Assembly (NCBI GenBank): GCA_963699755.1
Contig: CAVOVB010000002.1
Location: 352,001-416,000 of the forward strand
Direction of reading: 5' to 3'
Length of the DNA stretch: 64,000 nucleotides
Source of the DNA: an uncultured delta proteobacterium
GTDB taxonomy: Bacteria; Myxococcota_A; Polyangia; Polyangiales; Houyiibacteriaceae
The number at the start of each line of letters is the position of its first letter. Position 1 is the first letter of the stretch. Made by a program: the position numbers and the translations under genes. This document shows, piece after piece, positions 21,980-33,208 of the stretch. Below the pieces are notes generated by a model. It was not told the DNA's origin and searched no databases. It saw only the letters and a list, made by a program, of their open reading frames with translations.

Positions 21980-21991
21980 CAAGAGAGACGC

Positions 21992-22180
21992 TTCCTCGCC
22001 GCCGGACTGGTGCTCAGCTTTCTCGTTCAGAATCCGAACACGGCCTTCACGCTGCAGGTGTTCTTTCTCTCCTGCGTGGCACTTGCCGGGCTCTACGGAG
22101 CGATCACCGCAAAGATGTCGATCCTCTTCATGCAAGGCCTCCCAGCCATGATCGCCCTGGCCTTGTTGCTGCTCGCCTGA
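21992..22180 (+). pseudogene. C-terminal fragment of a DUF1304-like membrane protein
   Basis: FLAAGL...FFLSCVALAGLYGA...ILFMQGLPA; 5' half replaced by the oriIS copy. Confidence 0.7.
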
Positions 22181-22183
22181 GGG

Positions 22184-22763
22184 ATGAACCGGGTACTTCA
22201 GAAAGTGCTCCGACAAGCGGCGTTGTTCGCCCTCTGCTGTCATTGCCTCGTGGCGGCCGTTGTTCCGACACGGGCGGGCGCCGAGGAAGAGGAGGGTCGC
22301 AATGCGCTCGAAGTTGGTTTCACCCACACGTTTCAGCTTCTGCGGGCGAGCCCAAGCGAAACAGAAGCTGGTCGGAGCGAGAACCTCTGGGGCTTCGCGC
22401 TTGCGTACGAGCGCATTCTCATTCCGGATAGACTGGCGCTGGTCATCGCGAAGCCGTTTCACTTCACTCAGGACCGCTTCGATTCTCCACCGGACGTCTT
22501 CTTGAAGGTGGCCTTTCCCAAGGGCCACTGGGACCCCTGCGTCGGTGCAGGGGTCAGCGGCAACCTGCGATTGTTCGGCGGGGAGCTCGAACAAGAAGAG
22601 GGCAGACGGGCCGAGTACACCTTCGGCTTGGGCGCGATAGCGGGATGCACCTATCTTTTCACGCCTCACTGGGGGCTCTCTCTGGGGTCGGCTACTGTAT
22701 TTCGTCAATGGCCCGACGCAACACGGGTTCATCGACGCACTCTCCGGTGTCTGGACATTCTAG
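22184..22763 (+). pseudogene. Outer-membrane beta-barrel-like protein frameshifted near 22685-22700
   Basis: Signal peptide and beta-strands; alternate frame ends FVNGPTQHGFIDALSGVWTF* with terminal Phe. Confidence 0.55.
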
Positions 22764-22821
22764 TGAACATTCGGACTGCTACTGCTCGCAACGAGTGTGT
22801 TACATCCAAGCGACGACCGAA

Positions 22822-24399
22822 ATGACGATCGCTTTCGACGAGTTCGAGCTCGATTCCGCAAAGCGCGAGCTCCGCGTAGCGGGTACCGTGCGCGTCCTGC
22901 AACCTCGAGTGTTCGACCTCTTGCTCTATCTGGTCGAGAACCACGAGCGAGTCGTTCCGAAGCAAGAGCTTCTCGACACCCTCTGGCCTGATTCGATCGT
23001 GACCGAAAGCTCGATTCAGCGAGCGGTCAGCTTGGCGAGGAGCGCGCTGGGCGAACGTGGCGCCGAGCTCATCCAAACGTTTCCGCGACAAGGATACCGG
23101 TTCGTCGGCAAGATCCGCGTATCGGACGAGCCGAACGCCAAGACGAGTCTCAAACCTCGATACGCGCGAAGCGGCGACGTTCACATCGCATACACGACAT
23201 TGGGCGAAGGCACGACGGCCATCGTGATCGTACTCGGCTGGATCCTTTCAGTTCGTGCGATGTTCAAGCATTCGAAGACACGAGCGGCGATCGAATCTCT
23301 CTCGAAAATCGGCCGAGTGATTCTCTTCGACAAGAGGGGCACAGGACTCTCCGACCGAGTCAAGGAAGTCCCGATCCACGAGCAGCGCATGGATGACCTC
23401 CGCGCGGTGCTCGACGCCTGTGGATCGAAACGAGCCATCGTCATCGGTTTTTCCGAAGGTGAAGCGCTAGCGATGTTGTACGCGGCCACGCATCCCGAAC
23501 GCGTCCATGGATTGGTCCTCAGCGGCGCCTTCGCGCGCATGACTCGGACCCCAGACTACCCCTATGGCTATACAGCTGACGAGCTGCAAGAGCTCAAGAG
23601 CTACATACGAGGGGCCTGGGGAAAAGGCGCATCATTGCGTGCGATCGCGCCGAGTCAGCTCAGCGACCGAGATTTCGTCGACTGGGTAGCGTTCTCTGAA
23701 CAGGAAGGCACGAGTCCTGGGAGCGCACTCGACCTACTCGAGATGAATACGCGCATCGATCTCCGCGCACTGCTCCCCACCATTCGAGTGCCGACGGTCG
23801 TCATGCAAGCCGCACGGGACGCGATGAGTCATCCGGGAAACGGGCCGTACCTGGCGGAAAACATTCCCAATGCAAAGTACATCGAGGCGCCCGGAGACGA
23901 CCACGTCTTCTTCTTTCGGACCCAGCACGAGATCTCGAATGCCGTCCGGTGGATCCTCTCCCAGGGACCACGGGCGGTCGACGAAGAAAATCCATTCTTG
24001 AGCACTGCTCTGGTTGGTCGCACGGCCGGTGCAATCGACTACGAAGCGTGGCGCACGCTGGTCCGGAGCTTTCGCGGCGAAGCCGTGCCGGGGAAGCTCT
24101 GGGCGTACTTCGATGGCCCGGTTCGGGCCATGCGCTGCGGAGCGGCTTTCGCTCAACACGATCCTGTATCGTTTGGTGTGCACACGGGGGAAGTCGTCCG
24201 TAGCGGCGTGACCGTCTCAGGTTCGGCCTTCTCAGTTGCCGAATCGGTCGCCGAACGAGCGCCGCTCGGGGAAGTCTGGGCAACTCAGGTGCTCGTCGAT
24301 CTGGTGCCGGGGAGCGACCTCCAGCTCGATGAAACCAAGAACCTCCTTCAATGGCAAGGGCGCGGAATCGCGCTGTTTTCTGTCCGGCGCCAGAGCTAA
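22822..24399 (+). CDS. OmpR-type winged-helix + alpha/beta hydrolase + degenerate cyclase fusion
   Basis: FELD...LQPRVFDLLLYLVEN..RVVPKQELL...TFPRQGYRF; FDKRGTGLSD, GFSEG; FDGPVRA, GVHTGE. Confidence 0.88.
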   Translation: MTIAFDEFELDSAKRELRVAGTVRVLQPRVFDLLLYLVENHERVVPKQELLDTLWPDSIVTESSIQRAVSLARSALGERGAELIQTFPRQGYRFVGKIRVSDEPNAKTSLKPRYARSGDVHIAYTTLGEGTTAIVIVLGWILSVRAMFKHSKTRAAIESLSKIGRVILFDKRGTGLSDRVKEVPIHEQRMDDLRAVLDACGSKRAIVIGFSEGEALAMLYAATHPERVHGLVLSGAFARMTRTPDYPYGYTADELQELKSYIRGAWGKGASLRAIAPSQLSDRDFVDWVAFSEQEGTSPGSALDLLEMNTRIDLRALLPTIRVPTVVMQAARDAMSHPGNGPYLAENIPNAKYIEAPGDDHVFFFRTQHEISNAVRWILSQGPRAVDEENPFLSTALVGRTAGAIDYEAWRTLVRSFRGEAVPGKLWAYFDGPVRAMRCGAAFAQHDPVSFGVHTGEVVRSGVTVSGSAFSVAESVAERAPLGEVWATQVLVDLVPGSDLQLDETKNLLQWQGRGIALFSVRRQS

Positions 24400-24471
24400 G
24401 CAATTGGTAAGGCAGCGCAAAGGACCTTCGCAGCCCGCCCCCGTACCTTGGTGCTCGTCAAGGAGGTCCCC

Positions 24472-25218
24472 ATGCCAGAGCTCACCGCCGCACGCGCATC
24501 CCATCATTCCACTGCCACATACACCGACCGAGTCGCCGACCGGTTCTGCGGTCCGCCAGGATCCGGAAATGGCGGATACACGGTCGGCATGGTTGGAAAG
24601 TACGTCGGCCACGAAGTCGAGGTGACGCTCAAGCGTCCCATTCCACTCGATGAGGACCTGCAAGTGCAGGTTGACGTGGAGGGCGGCGCGACACTCGGCC
24701 ACCGCCGCACCGAGATCGCAAGCGCTCGGCGTGCGGAGCTCAACATCGACGTCCCCGAGGCAGTGAATTTTTCGCGCGCATCCGACGCGCGCATGCGCTA
24801 CCCCGGCTTTCAAACGCATCCATTCCCCGGTTGCTTCGTCTGCGGAACAAGTCGCTGCGCGGGAGACGGGATGTGTCTCTTCACCGGTCCCGTCGACGAA
24901 GGCCTCGTGGCCAGCCCCTGGGTTCCGTCCGGGGAGTTTGCGAACGCCGAAAGCGAGATCGCACCTGAGCTGATTTGCTCCGCACTCGACTGCCCCGGCG
25001 CCTGGGCGCTGATCGATCGCTATGGCATCGAAGGGCCCTTGGTCCTCGGACGCATGACCTATCGGTTCGAGCGACCGATCCGTGCCGACGAGCGCTATGT
25101 CGTGATGGGCTGGGCGCTCGGCCGGGAGGGCCGCAAGACATTCTGTGGCACCGGCGTGTACGACGCCGATGGCAAGGTATGCGCCATCGCCGGAGCCACC
25201 TGGATTGATCTCAAATGA
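24472..25218 (+). CDS. Double hotdog-fold thioesterase-like protein
   Basis: RFCGPPGSGNGGY, HPFPGCFVCG, ALDCPG, GREGRK. Confidence 0.8.
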   Translation: MPELTAARASHHSTATYTDRVADRFCGPPGSGNGGYTVGMVGKYVGHEVEVTLKRPIPLDEDLQVQVDVEGGATLGHRRTEIASARRAELNIDVPEAVNFSRASDARMRYPGFQTHPFPGCFVCGTSRCAGDGMCLFTGPVDEGLVASPWVPSGEFANAESEIAPELICSALDCPGAWALIDRYGIEGPLVLGRMTYRFERPIRADERYVVMGWALGREGRKTFCGTGVYDADGKVCAIAGATWIDLK

Positions 25219-25237
25219 GCTGAACCGCGCGTCCGGC

Positions 25238-25531
25238 TCAGGGCTCGGGCGATCCGGCCTGCGCCAGCGACGGCGGAATCGGTTGCGGCGCGACGTTGGC
25301 AATGGGCGGTAGCGTCTTCAGAAACGCGAAGACCGCGCGCATGTCCTCATCCGTCATCTTGGAGTAGGCGGGCCAGGGCATGGGCGGGAGCACCGCGCGC
25401 CCAACGCCGAGGTGCAAGCCGGTCCGCATGGTCTGGATGAACTGCTCCTCGGCCCAGAGACCCAGCCCATCCGGGTGAGGGGTCTGGTTGCTTGCAAAGC
25501 TGATGCCCCAAGGGCCCGCCCAGGCGGTCAT
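25238..25531 (-). pseudogene. C-terminal fragment of a c-type cytochrome
   Basis: GPWGISFASN.TP..GLG.W..EQF...LPPMPW..Y..MTDEDMRAVFAFLK; CxxCH absent. Confidence 0.75.
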
Positions 25532-25598
25532 CTCATCTATGCTCCGCAGGCACCCTTGCCCAAGTGGTAGGGTCAGGCCGGGCGGACGCCGTACAGCG

Positions 25599-26432
25599 TC
25601 ACCTCACCGGCGTTGCATCGATATGCCGGCGCACCAGTGCGGCGATCTCGGCCGGATGGCTGCTTGGAAGAAAATGACTGCCGCCATCGACGGTGACGAG
25701 CTGCGCCCCGGGAATCCAATCGTGCAGCAACTCGGCAATCCTCTGCATCGCCGGATGGCTGTTGCCTCCGCGAACCACCGTTGTCGGAACGTCGATCGCC
25801 TGCAATGTCTCCTTGCCAGGCTCAAACGGTGTTCCCGAGGACCAGTCGCGTACGTTCACCGGCGTGGTCGCGATGATGTAGCTGCGCACCTTCGGAGGCA
25901 TCGAGTCGAACGTGCCGGCACCGCCGTAGAAGTCAATGACGTGTCGGGCCGCCTCGACGTCGCCTCGGGCAAAGTCGGCGTAGTACGCTCCGGTCATTGA
26001 CTCGAACATGCCGTAGTGTTCGAGGTCGCCCGACGCGCGCAGCACGCCCAGCGGGTTCGCCTCCACGAGCAACAGGCTCGCGGGCCTGTGTCGGCCGGAC
26101 AAGGCGTGCACGATGGCGGACAGCCCGCCATACGAGTGCCCCACGACATGGGGTGACGTGCCGATCTGATCGATGATCCGGTCGATGACGCCGACCTGCT
26201 GCGCCACCGTATCATTGCCATCCGGCCGGACATCTGGCGTGGCTCCGTATCCAAGCAGGCTGGTGGTGACCATGCGGTAGCCGCCACCGAGATGCCCCAT
26301 GACCGCCTTCCATCCCGCGCCCGTGCCAAAGCTACCCGGGAGAAACAGCAGGGCGGGGCCGTCACCCGTCTCGGTGTAGTCGAATGAAACGGTTTGCTCG
26401 TTCACGATGACCTCCGGGCGATGAGTACACAA
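25599..26432 (-). CDS. Alpha/beta hydrolase (true start probably ~26405)
   Basis: GHSYGG, GGSHFL. Confidence 0.88.
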   Translation of the reverse strand: MCTHRPEVIVNEQTVSFDYTETGDGPALLFLPGSFGTGAGWKAVMGHLGGGYRMVTTSLLGYGATPDVRPDGNDTVAQQVGVIDRIIDQIGTSPHVVGHSYGGLSAIVHALSGRHRPASLLLVEANPLGVLRASGDLEHYGMFESMTGAYYADFARGDVEAARHVIDFYGGAGTFDSMPPKVRSYIIATTPVNVRDWSSGTPFEPGKETLQAIDVPTTVVRGGNSHPAMQRIAELLHDWIPGAQLVTVDGGSHFLPSSHPAEIAALVRRHIDATPVR

Positions 26433-26565
26433 TCTCGGGTCGAGGCGCTGTGTTCACGCGGCGGCATATTCCCAGCCTAGCATGCATTGCTCGATCAAGA
26501 GGGAACATGCCCGGTACGTCACTGGCGAGTCTACCGCTTGGGCGTGTGTGCCGGTCCATCCAGCA

Positions 26566-26661
26566 GGGCATAACCAATTCAAACGCCCTCTCCGCACGCT
26601 CCCCAACGCGACATAAGATCTAGTACCGCGAAATTCGGCAGTCATCTTGAGCCCGATGGGC
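26566..26661 (-). repeat. oriIS-like end of the ISCR/IS91 element, copy 2
   Basis: Ends ~220 bp downstream of the transposase stop; GCGTTTGAATTGGTTATGC resembles ISCR oriIS ends. Confidence 0.85.
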
Positions 26662-26784
26662 TGAGAGACCGGCAAACAAACGCGGTCTGAGTACTATGTT
26701 TGCATCTCGAAGGGCTGGAAACGACGTGAATACGACCGAGCGGATGCAGTTATCCGGTGGCTCGAGCCTCGAAGGCAAGCGCGG

Positions 26785-28215
26785 TCAACAAGCCCAGGCG
26801 TCGTCGAGCTCAGGGGGTGCCCGTGCAGGTGCGAGCTCGACGGGGCCTGAGGGAAGACCGAGATGACGGAGGATTCGGTGGATGGCGCTCGAAAGCAGGA
26901 TGGCGGCCACAAACCGGAGGCGACCACCGCACGCAGGACACTCGAGCACGTCGATGTCGAGACCGCGCCGCATGAGCTCAGCCCAGGTGCGATTGTGCGA
27001 AGCGACGACTGTTTTCGGGGTGCTTGCGGATGATGCCTTCTCAACTTGCGGACGGCCGAAGTCCACGACCTCCCCCCGCCACTTGGCGTTCGAAGCGAGC
27101 ACGCCGTGATAGACGATGAGGTTGACGTAGGGGCGCGGAATGAGCGCAGCGAGCTTTTCGAGGAGCTCCAGCGGCTGAAGGGCGATGTGACTCGTGCCAT
27201 CGCGCCACGGTGTTTTGAGCCGCACGAGCACGCTTCCGTCGGGTGCGAGGGACAAGCGTTCTTCGGCGACGGGCGGCCGCAAGAGATATCGGCAAAGGCG
27301 CTCGAGCTTGGGTCGGTTCTTGGCGCGGACGGAGGTGTTCGCGTGAAGGTCGAAACCACCGAGGCGGGCTTGTCGCCGACCTTTCGGAAGAGCGGGCTTC
27401 GCCGTTGGCGCGTCTCCGAGGCGGAGCACCGTTGCACCTGGGCGCTGTCCCATGGCCACCCGTTGACGGACGGACGCCGTATAGAGCGTGTGCAATGGCG
27501 GCACCTGCGATTCATCGAGGCGATCGCCGGCGTCGTCGCACAGCAAGCCCCGTCGCACGAGCAGGCGCAGGATTCGGCCTCGAATGACACCGAGCAGGGT
27601 CTCGACCTCCTCGTCGGTGGGCGCTTTGGCGGCTGCGAAGGAAAGCGAGCCGTCCGGCTCTCGCACGAAGACCCCGTCGACCGCCAGCGCGTGGAAGTGC
27701 ACGTTCAGGTTGAGCGCGCCACCGAAGCGCTGGATGACGGTCACCGTACCGGTGCGGCCATCGCGATGACCCGACGCTCTGGCCCTCTTGCGGTAGAAGC
27801 CCTGCACTGCCCGCATGTAGACCGCGAGCACCGCGCGGCAGAGGCGGTGATCCCAGGCAAGCCGATAGCGAAGCTCGAAGGGAAGGCTCAGGACCCATTG
27901 TCGAAACGGGGCCCGCGGGAGCACGTGGTCGACGAGTTGTGCCGTACGCTCGGTCATCCGACGGCCTCCGCAGCTTGGGCAGAAGCCTCGGCCTTCGCAC
28001 GAGAACGCAACCAACCGATCGGTACCGCAGCCCGTACACCGAAAGCGGGCGAAGCCATGCGCGAGCACGCCGCAGCGAACGAACCGCTGAAACTCGCGCT
28101 TCACGAACAAGGGGGCGCCTCGCTGTTCGTCGTGTCGGTCGAGCTCCCAGAGGAAGGTCTGGAGGTGCTCGCGCACCACACGGTGAAGCACCCCGTGCTC
28201 CGGAGCGCGACGCAC
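26785..28215 (-). mobile_element. IS91/ISCR-family rolling-circle (HUH) transposase
   Basis: Zn domain CGVLAHGF...CTGC...SCEGRGFCPSC, RQWVLSLP, NVHFH (HUH), LCRYLLRPP single Tyr, C-terminal CPACGG. Confidence 0.93.
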
Positions 28216-28348
28216 GTACGATCGAGAAATCGCCTCGCTGAGCGACCGATGAGCTTCTCCAACTCTGTGATCGGCTCCTCAATGCGTTCTAGCGGACACG
28301 ATTGGTCATTGGGCACCCTAACCTCTTGAAAGCATTGACTGCACCTTG

Positions 28349-28394
28349 GGTTTCGTAAACCGTAGGTCGTTGGTTCGAATCCAATCGGTGGCTC
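28349..28394 (+). repeat. attR core, 46-bp direct repeat copy 2
   Basis: Identical to 6713-6758. Confidence 0.95.
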
Positions 28395-28550
28395 TAGTGA
28401 GGACGGGGGGTAGCCGTCGATGCCCTTGGGCCCATTCGTTGGAGCGATCCGGTGACCCAAGGCCTCCCTCGTCCGCTCGGTCTGTCCAGCGGCGATAGGC
28501 GAGTGCTAGTGTACTGCTGATCCGCTTGGATGAGGCAGAGGAAGGTTCCA

Positions 28551-30926
28551 ATGAGCGACATTTCAGAACGCGTACTTTCGAGAGAAGAAATCGATGGCAT
28601 CGATGCGTACTGGCGGGCCTGCAATTACCTCGCAGCCGGCATGATCTACCTTCAGGCCAACCCGCTCCTGCGCCAGCCGCTGAGACCCGAACACATCAAG
28701 AATCGGTTGCTTGGCCACTGGGGCGCGAGCCCGGGCCTCTCGTTCATGTACGTGCACCTGAATCGGCTGATCCGCGAGCACGATCAGAACGCCATCTTCC
28801 TGGCGGGACCCGGCCATGGTGCGCCCGGCGTGCTCGCGCCCGTGTATCTAGAGGGCACTTACTCAGAGCGCTACCCGGAGAAGAGCGAGGATGAAGAAGG
28901 CATGCGGCGGTTCTTCAAGCAGTTCTCGTTCCCAGGCGGGATTGGAAGCCACTGCACACCGGAGACGCCGGGCTCCATCCACGAGGGCGGCGAGCTCGGC
29001 TACAGCCTCTCTCATGCATTCGGCGCCGCCTTCGATAATCCGGACCTGCTGGTGGCGGTCGCGATTGGCGACGGTGAATCGGAGACCGGGCCGCTGGCCA
29101 CGGCCTGGCACTCGAACAAGTTCCTGAGCCCCGTCACCGATGGAGCGGTGCTGCCGATCCTCCATCTGAACGGCTACAAGATCAACAACCCAACGATCCT
29201 CTCGCGCGTCTCGCACGAAGAGCTCGAGCAGCTCTTCCGCGGCTACGGCTGGACGCCGCACTTCGTGGAAGGCGACGACCCGGCCGACATGCACCCGAAG
29301 ATGGCCGCGACGCTGGAACGCTGTCTCGCCGAAATCCGCGACATCCAGGGCAAGGCGCGGGCAACCGGGAAGGCAAGCCGCGCGCGCTGGCCGATGATCG
29401 TGCTGCGCACGCCGAAAGGCTGGACCGGCCCGGCCGAGGTTGATGGTCATCGGGTCGAGGGATTCTGGCGCGCACACCAGGTGCCGCTCACCGGCGTGCG
29501 GGAGGACCCGAAACGCCTCTCCCAGCTCGAGGGCTGGCTGAAGAGCTATGGGCCCGATGAGCTCTTCGACCAGACCGGGCGCCTCGTGCCCGAGCTCAAG
29601 GCGCTCGCTCCGGTGGGCGACCGCCGGATGAGCGCCAACCCCATCGCGAATGGCGGACTGCTTCGCAAGGCGCTGCGCATGCCGGATTTCCGCGAGTACG
29701 GACTGAAGGTGGAGCGCCCCGCGCAGACCCGCGCGGAGAACACACGACCGCTGGGGCGGCTGTTGCGTGATGTGATGCGCCGCAACGCGGACCGCTTTCG
29801 TGTGTTCGGGCCGGACGAGAACACCTCGAACAAGCTGGACGCGATTTACGAAGTCAGCAAGAAGCTTTGGCTCGCAGACTACCTGCCGGAGGACGAGGAC
29901 GGCGGTCAGCTTTCGCCGGACGGCCGAGTGCTGGAGATGCTCTCGGAGCATACGCTCGAGGGCTGGCTGGAGGGCTATGTGCTCACCGGCCGCCACGGCT
30001 TTTTCTCGACCTACGAGGCCTTCGTCCACGTCATCGACTCGATGTACAACCAGCACGCGAAATGGCTGGCCATCTGCAACGAGATCCCCTGGCGGGCGCC
30101 GATCTCGTCGCTGAATCTACTGATCACCTCGACGGTGTGGCGCCAGGATCACAACGGGTTCACCCATCAGGACCCGGGCTTCTTGGACGTGGTCGTGAAC
30201 AAGAACCCCGAGGTGACTCGTATCTACCTGCCGCCGGACGTGAATACGCTGTTGTCGGTGGCAGACCACTGCCTCCGAAGCATGAACAACATCAACGTCA
30301 TCGTCTCCGACAAACAGCAGCATCAGCAATACATGGATATGGACGAGGCGGTGAATCACTGCACCAAAGGCATCGGCACCTGGGACTGGGCCAGCAACGA
30401 CCAGGGTTCGGAGCCCGATGTGGTCATGGTCGGTTGCGGCGATATCCCGACACAGGAGGCGCTGGCGGCCACGGCGATCCTCCGCGAACATTTCCCGGCG
30501 CTGAAGATCCGCTTCATCAATGTGGTCGATCTGTTCAAGATGCAGCCCGAGGGAGAGCACCCGCACGGCCTTTCCGATCGCGACTTCGACGGCCTGTTTA
30601 CCAAGGATAAGCCCGTGATCTTCAACTTCCACGGTTATCCATGGCTGATCCACCGCCTTGCCTACAGGCGCACGAATCACGCGAATCTGCACGTGCGCGG
30701 CTATAAGGAAAAGGGCAACATCAACACGCCGCTGGAGCTCGCCATGGACAACGAGATCGACCGCTTCAGCCTCGCGATCGACGTCATCAACCGCCTGCCA
30801 GAGCTGCAGGTGGCCGGCGCGCACGTGAAAGACTCGCTGCGCGACCGGCAGATCGAGTGTCGCGCGTACGCTCACCGGCACGGCGTCGACCTACCGGAGG
30901 TCAGCGACTGGTGCTGGCCGTACTGA
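28551..30926 (+). CDS. xfp: Phosphoketolase (xylulose-5-P/fructose-6-P)
   Basis: [51 protein letters not shown]. Confidence 0.96.
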   Translation: MSDISERVLSREEIDGIDAYWRACNYLAAGMIYLQANPLLRQPLRPEHIKNRLLGHWGASPGLSFMYVHLNRLIREHDQNAIFLAGPGHGAPGVLAPVYLEGTYSERYPEKSEDEEGMRRFFKQFSFPGGIGSHCTPETPGSIHEGGELGYSLSHAFGAAFDNPDLLVAVAIGDGESETGPLATAWHSNKFLSPVTDGAVLPILHLNGYKINNPTILSRVSHEELEQLFRGYGWTPHFVEGDDPADMHPKMAATLERCLAEIRDIQGKARATGKASRARWPMIVLRTPKGWTGPAEVDGHRVEGFWRAHQVPLTGVREDPKRLSQLEGWLKSYGPDELFDQTGRLVPELKALAPVGDRRMSANPIANGGLLRKALRMPDFREYGLKVERPAQTRAENTRPLGRLLRDVMRRNADRFRVFGPDENTSNKLDAIYEVSKKLWLADYLPEDEDGGQLSPDGRVLEMLSEHTLEGWLEGYVLTGRHGFFSTYEAFVHVIDSMYNQHAKWLAICNEIPWRAPISSLNLLITSTVWRQDHNGFTHQDPGFLDVVVNKNPEVTRIYLPPDVNTLLSVADHCLRSMNNINVIVSDKQQHQQYMDMDEAVNHCTKGIGTWDWASNDQGSEPDVVMVGCGDIPTQEALAATAILREHFPALKIRFINVVDLFKMQPEGEHPHGLSDRDFDGLFTKDKPVIFNFHGYPWLIHRLAYRRTNHANLHVRGYKEKGNINTPLELAMDNEIDRFSLAIDVINRLPELQVAGAHVKDSLRDRQIECRAYAHRHGVDLPEVSDWCWPY

Positions 30927-31056
30927 CGCCCGCCGTCTTCGAGCCTGCTTGGCACAACACTGCGCGCGGCATCATATTTGTCTGGCCACGGCGCTCCCCT
31001 CAGCCGAGCAGTGCGCCGCCACTGAACTACTGGCCAAGAGAGCACCGACACACTCG

Positions 31057-31557
31057 ATGACTGAAATCCTTCACTACGAATGCTCGGATTCCCTCGCGAT
31101 GCTCGCCGAGCTGAATCGGGGGCTCGATCGGGCGGACCAAGACGCAGCGGTAGTCGTGATCACGGGACGCGATGGCATGTTTAGCGGTGGTTTCGATCTC
31201 GGGACCTTCAAACCAGGGGGCCAGCCGCTCTATCAGATGCTCCGTGGCGGAGCAGCGCTGGTGGGTCGCATCGCTTCGTTCCCGGGGCCGGCTTTCTCGC
31301 TCGCATCGTGCCCGCGGCCGACCTGGCCAACGGGGCCCGCGAGCGCGGCGCGGCGCCTCTCTACGCTCGACGCCCGCGCGCGCACTGCGACAAAGATGCT
31401 GGTTCGGGAACCGGCCCTCGAAGCCATCCGAGCGGGAACTGCCAGCGAGCTGGGTTCGTACGAAGTCTTTGTCGAAACGATCGGCAAGGGCATGAAGACG
31501 GGCAGCCGAGCGTCCGTTTGGGGCCGCGCGGGAGTACGTGGTGGAGGCTTCTGCTGA
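31057..31557 (+). pseudogene. Enoyl-CoA hydratase/crotonase remnant with internal deletions
   Basis: VVITGRDGMFSGGFDL motif, but the central catalytic part is missing. Confidence 0.7.
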
Positions 31558-31627
31558 ACCGTCGGTATCGACAGGTCGGGCCTGAACGAGTACGGTCCAG
31601 CCTCGATTTGCGCCCGGAGACTCGACA

Positions 31628-33208
31628 ATGACCAACGAATTTCTCTTTGATATGCCGCTCCTGCCCCATCTCACGATCAATGGCCTGAAACGCTACGACG
31701 AGCGGCCGTTCATGTTTCTCGGAGACGACGTCATCACGTACAAAGAGGTTCGGGAGAAGACGAGTCGGTTCGCGCAAGCCTTGGAGTCGAAAGGCGTTCA
31801 CAAAGGCTCGCGAGTTGCCCTGATCTCCGCCAACCGCGCCGAAGTTCTGTATCAGCTCTTCGCGAACATGACGGTCGGAGTCGTTTACACCCCGCTCCAT
31901 CCGATGGGGTCCCTCGACGATCACGCCTATGTCCTCGAAGACGCGGGTGTCGATACTTTGGTGTTTGATCCTGCACTGTTTCAACAACGCGCCGCGCAAC
32001 TCAAAGAGCGGGTCCCCGGGTTGCAAAATCTTCTCGCACTCGGTCCAACCGAGGTGGGCGATGACCTCACCGAAATCGCAAACCAGTTCGAGGCCAAGTC
32101 ACTGGTCGCCCCCATGATCCGACCGAACGACCTCAATACGATCGTGTACACCGGAGGCACGACGGGAAAACCCAAGGGCGTTCGTCAGCCATATCGCGCA
32201 GCGGCCTACATGACGATCGTGCAGATGGCCGAATGGGAGTGGCCCGAAGAGATGCGATTCCTGATCGCAACGCCCCTGTCGCATGCCGGCGCGGCGTTCG
32301 TCGTGCCTACGCTTCAAGCGGGTGGGGCCTTCGTGGTGATGCAAGGTTTCACGCCGGATCTCTTTTTCGACACGGTCGAGAAGCACCGAATCACATCCAC
32401 ATTCCTCGTGCCCGCGATGATCTACCCGCTGCTCGATCATCCGCGCGCCACGACTGCCGACTTGTCGAGCCTCGAGACTTTGTTCTATGGAGCTGCGCCG
32501 ATCAGCGCCGCGCGGCTAAGAGAGGGACTCGAGAAGTGGGGGCCCATCTTCTTTCAGTGCTTTGGCCAGTCCGAGGCGCCGATGGCGATCACCCATCTAA
32601 AGAAAGCGGAGCACGATCTGTCGAAGCCCGAAAGGCTATCGTCCTGCGGTCGCCCGAGCCCCTGGGTCCACGTGGCGCTGCTCGACGGGAACAACCAGCC
32701 CGTAGCCGAAGGCGAGTCCGGCGAGATCTCTGTCCGCGCACCGTTGGTGATGGAAGGCTACAACGAGCTGCCAGAGCAAACGGCTGAGGCGTTTGCCGGG
32801 GGCTGGTTGCATACCGGTGACGTCGGTCGTTATGACGATGAGGGCTTCCTCTACATCGTCGACCGCAAGAAGGACATGATCGTCACCGGTGGATTCAACG
32901 TCTTCCCGCGCGAAATCGAAGACGTGATCGCAGCCCATCCGGCCGTCGGCCAGGTTGCGGTCATCGGCGTGCCCGACGACAAATGGGGCGAGTCCGTGAA
33001 GGCAGTGGTGGTCCTGCGGCCGGGGTACGAAGCAAGCGAGGCGCTCGCCGCGGAGCTCAAGGCGGCGGTCAAGGAGGCGAAGGGCGCGGTGCAGGCGCCA
33101 AAGTCCGTCGACTTCGTCACCGCTCTTCCGCTTTCGCCCTTGGGCAAGCCCGACAAGAAAGCGCTCCGCAAGGAGTACTGGGCCGACCGAGAACGCAGCG
33201 TCAACTAG
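31628..33208 (+). CDS. Acyl-CoA synthetase (AMP-forming)
   Basis: YTGGTTGKPKG, FGQSE, WLHTGD, DRKKDMIVTGG, PLGKPDKK. Confidence 0.95.
   Translation: MTNEFLFDMPLLPHLTINGLKRYDERPFMFLGDDVITYKEVREKTSRFAQALESKGVHKGSRVALISANRAEVLYQLFANMTVGVVYTPLHPMGSLDDHAYVLEDAGVDTLVFDPALFQQRAAQLKERVPGLQNLLALGPTEVGDDLTEIANQFEAKSLVAPMIRPNDLNTIVYTGGTTGKPKGVRQPYRAAAYMTIVQMAEWEWPEEMRFLIATPLSHAGAAFVVPTLQAGGAFVVMQGFTPDLFFDTVEKHRITSTFLVPAMIYPLLDHPRATTADLSSLETLFYGAAPISAARLREGLEKWGPIFFQCFGQSEAPMAITHLKKAEHDLSKPERLSSCGRPSPWVHVALLDGNNQPVAEGESGEISVRAPLVMEGYNELPEQTAEAFAGGWLHTGDVGRYDDEGFLYIVDRKKDMIVTGGFNVFPREIEDVIAAHPAVGQVAVIGVPDDKWGESVKAVVVLRPGYEASEALAAELKAAVKEAKGAVQAPKSVDFVTALPLSPLGKPDKKALRKEYWADRERSVN

Noticed and set aside
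21884..26661. Integron attC cassettes or diversity-generating retroelement repeats
   Set aside because: No attC palindrome, IntI or reverse transcriptase; mismatches are not adenine-specific
28349..28394. Second tRNA gene
   Set aside because: Only the 3' 46 nt are present, with no D arm or 5' acceptor strand; it is attR
28101..28460. Stand-alone 119-aa gene across attR
   Set aside because: The N-terminal part is chromosomal flank with no clear RBS; it is meaningful only as the possible attP tail
30949..30965. sigma54 promoter before the crotonase remnant
   Set aside because: GG to GC spacing is 9, not 10
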